Source: Sedimenticolaceae bacterium (lineage in GTDB: Bacteria; Pseudomonadota; Gammaproteobacteria; Chromatiales; Chromatiaceae). Taken from it: 64,000 nt of DNA. The notes under the pieces are model-generated. The model was not told the DNA's origin. It ran no database searches and saw nothing but the letters and a program-made list of their open reading frames with translations. The stretch spans positions 1,630 to 65,629 of the forward strand of contig JBNLDW010000002.1 of NCBI GenBank assembly GCA_050304615.1, in the 5' to 3' direction. The position numbers and the translations under genes are program-made. Below, in pieces: positions 1 to 8,460 of the stretch; position 1 is the stretch's first letter, and every line of letters starts with the position of its first letter.

Positions 1-2
1 CC

Positions 3-713
3 AATGCCGATGTAAACCTAAAAGACGATTATGGTAGAACTGCGTTGATAATGGCGTCAGGAAATGGTCATAAGGAGATTGTACAGATGCTACTTACTGC
101 CAATGCTGATGCAAACCAACAAGATAATTTAAATATCACTGCATTGATGCTGGCGTCAGAACATGGATATAGGGAGATCGTGCAGACGCTGCTCGCTGCT
201 AATGCCGATGTGAACCGACAAGATCATGTAGATGTCACCGCATTGATTCTGGCAACAGAACATGGGCATCAGGAGATAGTGCAGATGCTGCTAGCTGCCA
301 AGGCTGATGTGAACCTTAAAGCTCGTCGCAGTCGCCATAATACAGCATTGATGGTGGTGTCAGAAAAAGGGCATCAGGAGATCGCGCAGATGTTACTCGC
401 TGCCAATGCAGATGTGAACACAAATGATGGTCTTGGTAATGTAGCATTAATGATGGCATCAAAACGTGGGCATAAGGAGATTGTGCAGATGCTACTTGCT
501 GCCAAGGCGGAGGTAAATTCGCAAGATCATAACGGTAACGCAGCATTGATGCTGGCGTCAGAATATGGGCATAAAGAGATCGTGCAGATGCTGCTTGCCG
601 CCAATGCTGATGTGGGCCAACACGATAATCATGGTAACACTGCACTGTCGGAGGCTGAATCTAAAGGGTACAAGGAGATCGTTGGATTGTTAAAAGATGC
701 TGGGGCAGAGTAA
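3..713 (+). CDS. Ankyrin-repeat protein, 5' end cut by window edge
   Basis: The frame is open from nt 3, upstream of the listed ATG at 45. Seven ~33-aa ANK units (G.TALM.AS..GH.EIVQ.LLAA.ADVN) show 99-nt DNA periodicity. Confidence 0.85.
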   Translation, partial: NADVNLKDDYGRTALIMASGNGHKEIVQMLLTANADANQQDNLNITALMLASEHGYREIVQTLLAANADVNRQDHVDVTALILATEHGHQEIVQMLLAAKADVNLKARRSRHNTALMVVSEKGHQEIAQMLLAANADVNTNDGLGNVALMMASKRGHKEIVQMLLAAKAEVNSQDHNGNAALMLASEYGHKEIVQMLLAANADVGQHDNHGNTALSEAESKGYKEIVGLLKDAGAE

Positions 714-747
714 AAAGCTGTAAGAAGAACCGGATCGGAGCGCTATA

Positions 748-825
748 GGTATTTGGGGTCAGTGTAAAAACTCTTTCTCGATAGGGATTTCTGTGCTTTG
801 TATTTTTACACTGACCCCATTTATC
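748..825. repeat. 78-bp MITE-like repeat, copy 1, with internal 15-bp inverted repeat ggggtcagtgtaaaa/ttttacactgacccc
   Basis: Identical by eye to 1055-1132. Confidence 0.85.
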
Positions 826-889
826 ACTGATTGAGCAATCATTTCGATTTACAGCGCTTGGATCTGAAACCACATTGACTTTTTCTAGT

Positions 890-1030
890 CTAGTGTCAGG
901 TCCATATGGCCCTGCGATTGACAACGTTCGAGTTGATTCAGTACCTATTCCTGCTGCTGCATGGCTTTTCGGGTCAAGTTTACTTGGTATAACGAGACTG
1001 TTCCGTCGCAAAAAAGCCATAACTGCTTAA
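890..1030 (+). pseudogene. Orphan C-terminal fragment of a PEP-CTERM/VPLPA-CTERM-type sorting-signal protein
   Basis: Frame translates ..GPAIDNVRVDSVPIPAAAWLFGSSLLGITRLFRRKKAITA*. There is a stop codon immediately upstream (887-889) and no start codon. Confidence 0.55.
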
Positions 1031-1054
1031 TTGAACTATTTGGGTCAGTGTAAA

Positions 1055-1132
1055 GGTATTTGGGGTCAGTGTAAAAACTCTTTCTCGATAGGGATTTCTG
1101 TGCTTTGTATTTTTACACTGACCCCATTTATC
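1055..1132. repeat. 78-bp MITE-like repeat, copy 2; a partial extra copy lies at 1037-1054
   Basis: Perfect match to 748-825 when read by eye. Confidence 0.85.
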
Positions 1133-1177
1133 GTAAAATTTGTGGTCTGCCCCCTATTGAACACAAGATAAGTACTT

Positions 1178-1414
1178 ATGCCAAAACTAACATGTAAATG
1201 TGGCTATGTTCATAATCTTTCACCAATACCTGATGAAGGCTGGATCACTGTGCTGGATAAAGATTATGAGCAATTAATTGAGGCGGAGACCGATCCTGAA
1301 AATGATAGCTTCTATGTTGCTAACACGGGTGTGATTTATGAGTGCCCTGAGTGCAAAAGAATCATGTGGGAAAAGCCTGGTAAAAAAATATTTATTACCT
1401 ATGTGCCAGAGTAA
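1178..1414 (+). CDS. Small hypothetical protein with CxC...CxxC zinc-ribbon-like cysteines
   Basis: 78-aa ORF with C6/C8 and C56/C59 pairs. I recognise no family. Confidence 0.4.
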   Translation: MPKLTCKCGYVHNLSPIPDEGWITVLDKDYEQLIEAETDPENDSFYVANTGVIYECPECKRIMWEKPGKKIFITYVPE

Positions 1415-1662
1415 ACATAACAATCAGCACCAGTGGAGCGGTTTTCCGCTTCGCTCCAAACCAACCGCAAATGCGGGCGTTGAGAATAATGGGACACTTT
1501 TATTCTTTGCCCTAGGCTCTAAAATCAACCACCCTTAACCCTCCTCCGACGCAGCCGAGTACCGGAACCGCAACAGGATTAGGCCCAAAGGGGCGCCACA
1601 GGGATGTGGCGCCTCCATCGCGGGCAAGGGATTGCCCGTCGATGTAGCCCCTGGGGCGGTGA

Positions 1663-1773
1663 GGAACGGAGGGAACCCGTAGGGCAAGTCGTGGAGCGCG
1701 TTTTTCTTTCGTCCCTTTCTTTTACGCGTATAAAAGAAAGGGACTTGCAGCTAATGTACAGAGGCAAGAGAAA
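1663..1773 (-). repeat. Hairpin-containing intergenic repeat, member A (related to 46252-46362)
   Basis: The reverse complement aligns over ~110 nt with 46252-46362. It contains a 13-bp perfect stem gtccctttctttt/aaaagaaagggac. Confidence 0.7.
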
Positions 1774-1919
1774 GGCTTCGATATGGACAAGCTGCGAAAA
1801 TAATTACCTAACCAACAAAAAGCCACTGGATCCCGCGATCAAGTCGCGGGATGACGATGGTGGCGCAATGCCCGTTGGTTATTGCGCCCTACGTTCTATT
1901 TTTTACTCCCCCTCCTCGC

Positions 1920-2031
1920 CTCCCCCACTAGTGGGGGAGGAAAGGGCGGGTCCCACTAGTGGGGGAGGAAAGGGCGGGTTCCACTAGTGGGTGAGGTAAG
2001 GGCGGGTTCCACTAGTGGGGAGGGAGGGGAA
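1920..2031. repeat. Tandem array of four 28-bp units, each containing the palindrome ccactagtgg
   Basis: cactagtg starts at 1926, 1954, 1982 and 2010, an exact 28-nt period. The array ends 3 nt from the ilvD stop codon. Confidence 0.85.
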
Positions 2032-2033
2032 AA

Positions 2034-3884
2034 TTACCCCTTAAGCTGAGAGATATCCCGCACCGCCCCCCGGGCCGCACTGGTAGTAGTGGCGGCATAG
2101 GCCTGCAGGGCCTTTGAGACCACCCGGTCACGCGCAACCGGCTGCCAGGCCATATCTCCTTTCGACTCCATAGCCGCACGCCGCTGCGCCAGCTCTTCAT
2201 CGCTGACCGCGATAGTAATGGAGCGGTTGGGGATATCGATCTCGATCAGATCCCCCTCCTGGATCAGGCCGATATTGCCTCCCTCCGCCGCCTCGGGCGA
2301 ACAGTGCCCAATAGACAGCCCTGAGGTACCGCCGGAAAAACGCCCATCCGTGATCAAGGCGCAGACCTTGCCCAGCCCCTTGGACTTGAGATAGGTAGTG
2401 GGATAGAGCATCTCCTGCATACCGGGCCCCCCTTTGGGACCCTCATAGCGGATCAGTACAACATCACCCGGCTTGATGGCATCACCGAGGATTCCCTCGA
2501 CCGCCGCATCCTGACTCTCGAAGATACGGGCTGGCCCACTGAATTTGAGGATCGATTCATCCACCCCTGCGGTCTTTACGATACAGCCATCTTTTGCCAA
2601 ATTTCCGTAGAGGACTGCAAGGCCGCCATCCTGGCTATAGGCGTTCGCCTTGTCGCGGATACATCCAGACGTGCGATCCAGGTCGAGTGACGGCCAGCGC
2701 TTGTCCTGACTGAAAGCCTCCAGCGAGGGAACACCACCGGGCCCGGCAGAGTAGCGCAGCTTCGCGGCCTCGTCCTCGCTGCGATTGATATCCCAGCGGT
2801 CGATGGCCGCACCGATGCTCTCGCTATGTACCGTGGGTAGATCCCGATGCAGCAAGCCTGCCCTCTCCAGTTCACCCAAGATACCGATCACGCCACCGGC
2901 CCGGTGTACATCCTCTAGATGGTATTGCTGGGTGGAGGGGGCAACCTTGCAGAGATTGGGCACCTGGCGCGAGAGCCGGTCGATATCGGCCATGGTGAAA
3001 TCCACCTCCGCCTCCTGGGCCGCAGCCAGCAGATGCAGCACTGTGTTGGTAGAACCGCCCATGGCGATATCCAGGCTCATGGCGTTCTCGAATGCCTCGA
3101 ATGTGGCAATACTGCGTGGCAGTACCGTGGCGTCGTCCTGTTCGTACCAGCGCCGCGCCAGCTCCACCACCAGACGGCCCGCCTCTAGAAACAGCTCCTT
3201 GCGGTCGGCATGGGTAGCCACCAGAGAACCATTGCCCGGCAGACTGAGGCCGAGGGCCTCGGTAAGGCAGTTCATGGAGTTGGCGGTAAACATACCGGAA
3301 CAGGAGCCACAGGTGGGACAGGCAGAACGCTCAATCTGTTCCACGCTGTCGTCACTCTCGTTCGGATCGGCCGCAGAGACCATGGCATCCACCAGATCCA
3401 GGTGTACCTCCTCACCGTGAATCTTGGCCTTGCCTGATTCCATCGGCCCACCGGATACGAACACCGCCGGGATATTGAGCCGCAGGGCGGCCATCATCAT
3501 GCCCGGTGTGATCTTGTCGCAGTTAGAGATACAGACCATGGCGTCGGCGCAGTGGGCGTTGACCATATACTCCACTGAGTCGGCGATGATGTCCCGCGAC
3601 GGCAGGGAGTAGAGCATGCCGTCATGCCCCATGGCGATGCCATCGTCGATGGCGATGGTGTTAAACTCCTTGGCTACACCACCCGCCTGTTCGATCTCCC
3701 GCGCCACCAACTGGCCCATATCCTTCAGGTGGACATGGCCCGGCACAAACTGGGTAAAGGAGTTAACCACGGCAATGATCGGCTTATCAAAATCTCCATC
3801 CTGCATACCGGTGGCGCGCCACAAGGCACGGGCACCCGCCATATTGCGTCCATGGGTGGTTGTACGGGAACGATACTGTGGCAT
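2034..3884 (-). CDS. ilvD: Dihydroxy-acid dehydratase
   Basis: [26 protein letters not shown]... is a classic IlvD N-terminus. The start is trimmed from the ORF-track 4025 to the ATG at 3884. Confidence 0.95.
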   Translation of the reverse strand: MPQYRSRTTTHGRNMAGARALWRATGMQDGDFDKPIIAVVNSFTQFVPGHVHLKDMGQLVAREIEQAGGVAKEFNTIAIDDGIAMGHDGMLYSLPSRDIIADSVEYMVNAHCADAMVCISNCDKITPGMMMAALRLNIPAVFVSGGPMESGKAKIHGEEVHLDLVDAMVSAADPNESDDSVEQIERSACPTCGSCSGMFTANSMNCLTEALGLSLPGNGSLVATHADRKELFLEAGRLVVELARRWYEQDDATVLPRSIATFEAFENAMSLDIAMGGSTNTVLHLLAAAQEAEVDFTMADIDRLSRQVPNLCKVAPSTQQYHLEDVHRAGGVIGILGELERAGLLHRDLPTVHSESIGAAIDRWDINRSEDEAAKLRYSAGPGGVPSLEAFSQDKRWPSLDLDRTSGCIRDKANAYSQDGGLAVLYGNLAKDGCIVKTAGVDESILKFSGPARIFESQDAAVEGILGDAIKPGDVVLIRYEGPKGGPGMQEMLYPTTYLKSKGLGKVCALITDGRFSGGTSGLSIGHCSPEAAEGGNIGLIQEGDLIEIDIPNRSITIAVSDEELAQRRAAMESKGDMAWQPVARDRVVSKALQAYAATTTSAARGAVRDISQLKG

Positions 3885-3964
3885 GAATCTCTCCAAAAAA
3901 GTCTTTATCTTGTACCTATGTACATGGATTAAGTTACAATATATCAGAAACAGGAAGCAACAAC

Positions 3965-5299
3965 GTGGCCAGCAAAAAAAACATTCAGCCTGATCCATTC
4001 GTCGACTGGTTTCGCAGTTCGTCACCCTATATCCATGCCCACCGCGGAGGAACCTTTGTCCTCGTTATCGGCGGTGAGGCGGTGGCTGCCCCAAATTTTG
4101 CACATCTAATCCAGGATATCGCCCTATTGCAGGGATTGGGTATCCGGGTGGTACTGGTGCATGGCGCACGGCCACAGGTAGAGGAGCGGCTGCAACAGCA
4201 GGGGGTCGAGATACGGTATGTAGATGGCCTGCGGATCACTGATGATATCGCCCTCACCTGTATCAAAGAGGCCGCTGGGGCAGTGCGAGCTGAGATTGAG
4301 GGGGCCCTCTCCATGGGGGTAGCCAACTCACCCATGGCAGGGGCCAGGATCAGGGTACTCTCTGGTAACTTTGTGACCGCCAGGCCAATCGGTGTGCGCA
4401 ACGGGGTAGATTACTGCCATACCGGAGAGGTGCGGAGAGTAGACGTAGCGGCGATAAGCAGCGCACTGGATAGTGGGGCAACCGTACTTATCCCGCCACT
4501 TGGCTACTCTGCTACTGGCGATCTATTCAACCTAAACGCCACCGATGTAGGTAGTGCTGTGGCGGCCGCTCTGAACGCTGACAAGCTGATCTATCTGAGC
4601 GAGGGTAGAGGCTTGACTAGCCCCCGTGACAAGGTCAGTGGCAGTCTCCTGCCGCCTGAGGTGGAAGCCATACTGCAGCGGCGCAGCAAGCTACCAGATG
4701 AACTGGTACGGCAGCTACGCAATGCGGCAGAGGCCTGTCGGAACGGTGTATCCAGGGCGCATCTTATCAGTCTTCAGCTTGATGGCGCCCTGCTGCGTGA
4801 GCTCTTCACCCGGGATGGCATCGGCACCCTGATCACCGCCGAACCATACGAGACCATTCGCAGCGCCAGCCTGGGTGATGTGGTCGGCATTCTGGAGCTA
4901 CTCTCCCCGCTCGAGGAGAGAGGAATACTGGTGCGTCGTCCACGCGAGTTGCTAGAGACCGAGATCAACCACTTTACCGTAGCCGAACGGGACGGCATGG
5001 TGATAGCCTGCGCCGCTATCTACTGCTATGCCAAAGAACAGATGGCCGAACTGGCATGCGTTGCTGTCCACCCCGAGTATCAGCACCATGGCCTGGGAGA
5101 TAAGCTGCTGACCAAGATGGAGGAGCAGGCCAGAGGGAGAGGGATGCGGCAGATATTTGTCCTTACTACCCAGACCGCACACTGGTTCCGTGAGCATGGG
5201 TTCAAGCAATCGCCATTGAAGTCGTTACCGGTACAACGGCGTCAACTATACAACTACCAACGTAACTCCAAGGTTCTATTCAAGCACCTGGAGGGATAA
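3965..5299 (+). CDS. argA: Amino-acid N-acetyltransferase (N-acetylglutamate synthase)
   Basis: An amino-acid kinase-like N-terminal domain plus a C-terminal GNAT domain, typical of ArgA (FVDWFR...PYI..HRG.TFV). GTG start. Confidence 0.9.
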   Translation: MASKKNIQPDPFVDWFRSSSPYIHAHRGGTFVLVIGGEAVAAPNFAHLIQDIALLQGLGIRVVLVHGARPQVEERLQQQGVEIRYVDGLRITDDIALTCIKEAAGAVRAEIEGALSMGVANSPMAGARIRVLSGNFVTARPIGVRNGVDYCHTGEVRRVDVAAISSALDSGATVLIPPLGYSATGDLFNLNATDVGSAVAAALNADKLIYLSEGRGLTSPRDKVSGSLLPPEVEAILQRRSKLPDELVRQLRNAAEACRNGVSRAHLISLQLDGALLRELFTRDGIGTLITAEPYETIRSASLGDVVGILELLSPLEERGILVRRPRELLETEINHFTVAERDGMVIACAAIYCYAKEQMAELACVAVHPEYQHHGLGDKLLTKMEEQARGRGMRQIFVLTTQTAHWFREHGFKQSPLKSLPVQRRQLYNYQRNSKVLFKHLEG

Positions 5300-5306
5300 A
5301 AGCGGC

Positions 5307-6419
5307 ATGGCACACGGTTCAAAAAAGGCGGTCATTACCGCCATCATCGCCAACGGTATAGTCACGGTTATTAAATTCCTTGCCGCCATGGTAAGCGGTT
5401 CTACCTCTATGATGAATGAGGCGGTTCACTCCCTAATGGATAGCCTGAACCAGGGATTTCTGTTTCTTGGTCTGCGTGAATCTGAACGCCCTGCCGATCA
5501 GACCTACGCCTTTGGCCACGGCCAAAAAAAGTACCTGTGGAACCTGTGGAGCGCTATCGGTCTATTCTCTATAGGTTCAGGCCTGGGCCTCTCGCACGCT
5601 TGGCATGCATGGCAGCAGATAGAACATACAGAGACGGCCTCTGCAGTAGAGATTATTGGGGTTTCATTCACCCCTCTCAGCATCAATCTAATAGTTCTTT
5701 TTACCGCCCTCCTGCTGGAAGGCTACTCCTTTCTGGTGGCCTTTAGACAGTACTATGTCGCCATGCGCAGGGATGGTTATAGTAATCCGTTCAGCTACCT
5801 GCTACATGCCGATGACCCCACCCTGGTGGCTGTAGTACTGGAGGACTCGATAGCCATGCTGGGGCTGCTATTCGCCGCCCTCGGCATCGGCCTGACCGCC
5901 ATCACCAGTCAACTACTGTGGGATATCTTATTCTCGGCCCTGATCGCAATCATGCTCGGATTTACCGCCTTCTATCTGGGCTGGCTCAACATGCGCTTCC
6001 TGGCCGATATGCGTGATCGCGTGGCGGAAAAAGCCTTTCTTGAGGTAGCGTTGCAGCATGGTGAAGTGGAGCGCTGCCACGATCTGCGCTCGATTGTCCT
6101 GGATGAAAATAACACCATACTGGTGGCCGAGATAGAACTACGGGAAGAGACCATAGTCCCCAGCCTGTACGCACAGATTGAGCAAGAGAGGAGCGCCATC
6201 CTTGAGCAGGTACCGACAGAGCGGCGCAGCGAGGAGGCAATATATCGCTACGCTAGCATGCGTGCATCGGTGACAGCCACCATCTCCCGGACCGAACAGA
6301 TCATCGATGAGCTGGAGGCCGCGGTAAAGAAGTTAGTGCCACGGGTCAGCCATATCACTCTGGAGGTAGAGGGCATCTCGCAACCAATCACGCCGCTAGA
6401 GGATATGGAAAAAATCTAA
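5307..6419 (+). CDS. Cation diffusion facilitator family transporter
   Basis: N-terminus KKAVITAIIANGIVTVIKFLAAMVSGSTSMMNEAVHSL.D is CDF-like. Six TM segments plus a cytoplasmic C-terminal domain. Confidence 0.75.
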   Translation: MAHGSKKAVITAIIANGIVTVIKFLAAMVSGSTSMMNEAVHSLMDSLNQGFLFLGLRESERPADQTYAFGHGQKKYLWNLWSAIGLFSIGSGLGLSHAWHAWQQIEHTETASAVEIIGVSFTPLSINLIVLFTALLLEGYSFLVAFRQYYVAMRRDGYSNPFSYLLHADDPTLVAVVLEDSIAMLGLLFAALGIGLTAITSQLLWDILFSALIAIMLGFTAFYLGWLNMRFLADMRDRVAEKAFLEVALQHGEVERCHDLRSIVLDENNTILVAEIELREETIVPSLYAQIEQERSAILEQVPTERRSEEAIYRYASMRASVTATISRTEQIIDELEAAVKKLVPRVSHITLEVEGISQPITPLEDMEKI

Positions 6420-6423
6420 TCCT

Positions 6424-7428
6424 CTACATGGGCCGACAAATGGGCGGCCCTTTGTCCTCAGGCATCTCCACAACCACCCTGTCTTTACCCTCACGCTTGG
6501 CCTGATAAAGCGCCCTATCCGCGCGTGCCAGGAGCATCTCTGGAAGTTCATCTTCGCTGTGCTGGGCAACACCTATGGATACTGTCACCGTCTGGTAGGC
6601 CAGCGCACCGTCCCGGACGGTTGGCATGTCAGATATACCAGAGCGAATCCGCTCAAATACAGGTATGGCTTCTTGCAGCGAAGTGTCCGGCAGCAATATA
6701 GTGAACTCTTCACCACCGTAGCGCGCCAACAGATCAAACGGTCGGATCAACTCCTGCATGGCCAGCGATATCTTCTGCAAAACAAAATCGCCTGCCTGAT
6801 GGCCATAGTTGTCATTATATTTTTTAAAATCATCTACATCGATCATGCCAAGACACAGCGGGGTCTTATCTATGGTAGCCCTGTGCAGTGCACGAGAAAA
6901 AGTCTTATCCAACCAGCGTCGATTGTGCAGCCCGGTCAGCGCATCGATATTGGCATGGGTCTCCAGGTCGCTGATTGCCACATTACCCAGACGCAGTCGA
7001 TCAACTAGTATATTAACCAGATTACGGGCTATGCCCTCCGTATGATCGATCATAGATTTTAACTGGTCACGACTAATAACCAGGAGTCTGGAATCCTCAC
7101 TGGCCAGTACCCAGGCCGAGGGGTTGTATTGATCAAAAACAGAAAGTTCTCCGACACATTCGCCAGCACCAAAATAGGTTAGTGGCTGGCCGCTGATCTG
7201 GCTAAGATGTACCGTCAACCCCCCGGTGAGAATTATAAACAGACTATCATTCTTCGCCTCAGGTGATAGCAGGACATCCCCGGCCGATAGACGCCTTTCG
7301 GCACACTGTTGCAGAATCGACGTTAGCGCCTTTTTGTCCACACCTCTAAACAGGCTGCTACCGCTAATGACCTCCCGATCCTTAGCAGAGAACCGTGTAT
7401 CTATCTTCTTGACGGATGATTGCACCAC
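6424..7428 (-). CDS. Cyclic-nucleotide-binding domain / GGDEF diguanylate cyclase
   Basis: N-terminal cNMP-binding-like fold (FGAGECVGELS) and a C-terminal GGDEF domain with RYGGEEF. Confidence 0.8.
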   Translation of the reverse strand: MVQSSVKKIDTRFSAKDREVISGSSLFRGVDKKALTSILQQCAERRLSAGDVLLSPEAKNDSLFIILTGGLTVHLSQISGQPLTYFGAGECVGELSVFDQYNPSAWVLASEDSRLLVISRDQLKSMIDHTEGIARNLVNILVDRLRLGNVAISDLETHANIDALTGLHNRRWLDKTFSRALHRATIDKTPLCLGMIDVDDFKKYNDNYGHQAGDFVLQKISLAMQELIRPFDLLARYGGEEFTILLPDTSLQEAIPVFERIRSGISDMPTVRDGALAYQTVTVSIGVAQHSEDELPEMLLARADRALYQAKREGKDRVVVEMPEDKGPPICRPM

Positions 7429-7707
7429 CTACACACCCCTCCATTTCTTAAAGCAGCGACAAACCCTGGCAAAACCAGTCATCGCTTATAATTATAGTTT
7501 GCTTCACTATCTCCCAACGTGAGGGAAATCAAAAAACCGTCATACGGCAACATGAATGTAAAGAACTGTGACAAACTCTTGTGGAAATGAAGGATCGAAA
7601 CGCCTATCCTGTGAGAAGCAGCGCACATCCACCTGATGGAAAGTAACACGATTATCCCGGACGATAACCTCAGGAGCGGCAATATTTAAACTGTGTGAGA
7701 TAGACCC

Positions 7708-7995
7708 ATGAAGAGAGAATTGAATCTAATCCCGAAGGTTGTAGGAGTAGCTGTAATGGCCACAGTGGCCTGGTTTGTCTACACGAATATGCAGCCGAAA
7801 GTGGCACCAGCAGATACAGCAACCATGGAGGTGGCACCAGAGACCACCACTGGGCAGGAGACAGCAGAGGCAGCCCCTAAAACAACCCCCTGGGTGAGTG
7901 GCTACTCGTTAACGCCCAGAGACAACGCGAAGATGACCCCAACAAAGGCAACAGAGAAAACTGCTGCAAACAGTGCCGCGGATCCAGTAAAATAA
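7708..7995 (+). CDS. Hypothetical membrane-anchored protein
   Basis: 95-aa ORF with one N-terminal TM segment and a low-complexity T/A/P-rich tail. Confidence 0.35.
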   Translation: MKRELNLIPKVVGVAVMATVAWFVYTNMQPKVAPADTATMEVAPETTTGQETAEAAPKTTPWVSGYSLTPRDNAKMTPTKATEKTAANSAADPVK

Positions 7996-8074
7996 CCAAA
8001 GTAGAAAGCTAATAAAAAGCTCACTGCCGCTATGACGGCAGCGTCATCAACCCATCCTAAGGAGAACAACAAAC

Positions 8075-8275
8075 ATGAATATAGACCGTCTTGTCATGGC
8101 CTTTGCCGGCCTCGTAATCCTGGTCAGTGTACTCTTGACCAACATACACCACACCAACTGGATGTGGCTTACCGTCTTTGTTGGGGCCAATCTACTGCAG
8201 GCCGCATTCACCGGGTTCTGCCCCTTAGCCACCATCCTTAAAAAGCTCGGCAAAAACAGTGGGGCCGCTTTTTAA
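8075..8275 (+). CDS. DUF2892 (YgaP C-terminal-like) small inner-membrane protein
   Basis: 66 aa, two TM segments, motif [15 protein letters not shown]. Followed by a terminator. Confidence 0.7.
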   Translation: MNIDRLVMAFAGLVILVSVLLTNIHHTNWMWLTVFVGANLLQAAFTGFCPLATILKKLGKNSGAAF

Positions 8276-8299
8276 TTTGTGCGTATAGCATGAGATATA

Positions 8300-8333
8300 A
8301 AAACGGCACCACTCTCTATGGTGCCGTTTTTTT
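8300..8333 (+). terminator. Rho-independent terminator
   Basis: Stem aaaacggcacc/ggtgccgtttt followed by a T run. Confidence 0.75.
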
Positions 8334-8460
8334 AAGTCCTGCGATCGCTATATAAACCAAATACTCTCTGCGCCAGAACAGTAGCAATCATATAAAGCAG
8401 GTTGTAAATATTCAGACATAGTTGATAATAGTTAAAGGCTAACCCTTACACAGGAACGGC

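Noticed and set aside
1604-1987. 127-aa ORF spanning the repeat region
   Set aside because: It is composed of translated REP and tandem repeats (PPPLVGEERAG...), with no coding signal.
1920-2031. Possible CRISPR array
   Set aside because: The 28-bp units are directly adjacent with no spacers, and no cas genes are in the window.
2785-3420. 211-aa plus-strand ORF, and several others between 2576 and 3993, inside ilvD
   Set aside because: They are antisense to a clearly conserved ilvD reading frame. Their Ala/Ser/Arg-rich composition is typical of GC-rich antisense frames, and there is no RBS.
3885-4025. 47-aa N-terminal extension of the ilvD ORF
   Set aside because: The canonical IlvD N-terminus starts at MPQYRS (3884). 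The extension is Cys/Phe-rich junk that overlaps the argA start region.
7430-7707. Possible riboswitch or leader in the 278-bp gap upstream of 7708
   Set aside because: I could not match it to any riboswitch consensus I know (c-di-GMP, TPP, SAM and others), and it has no convincing conserved structure.
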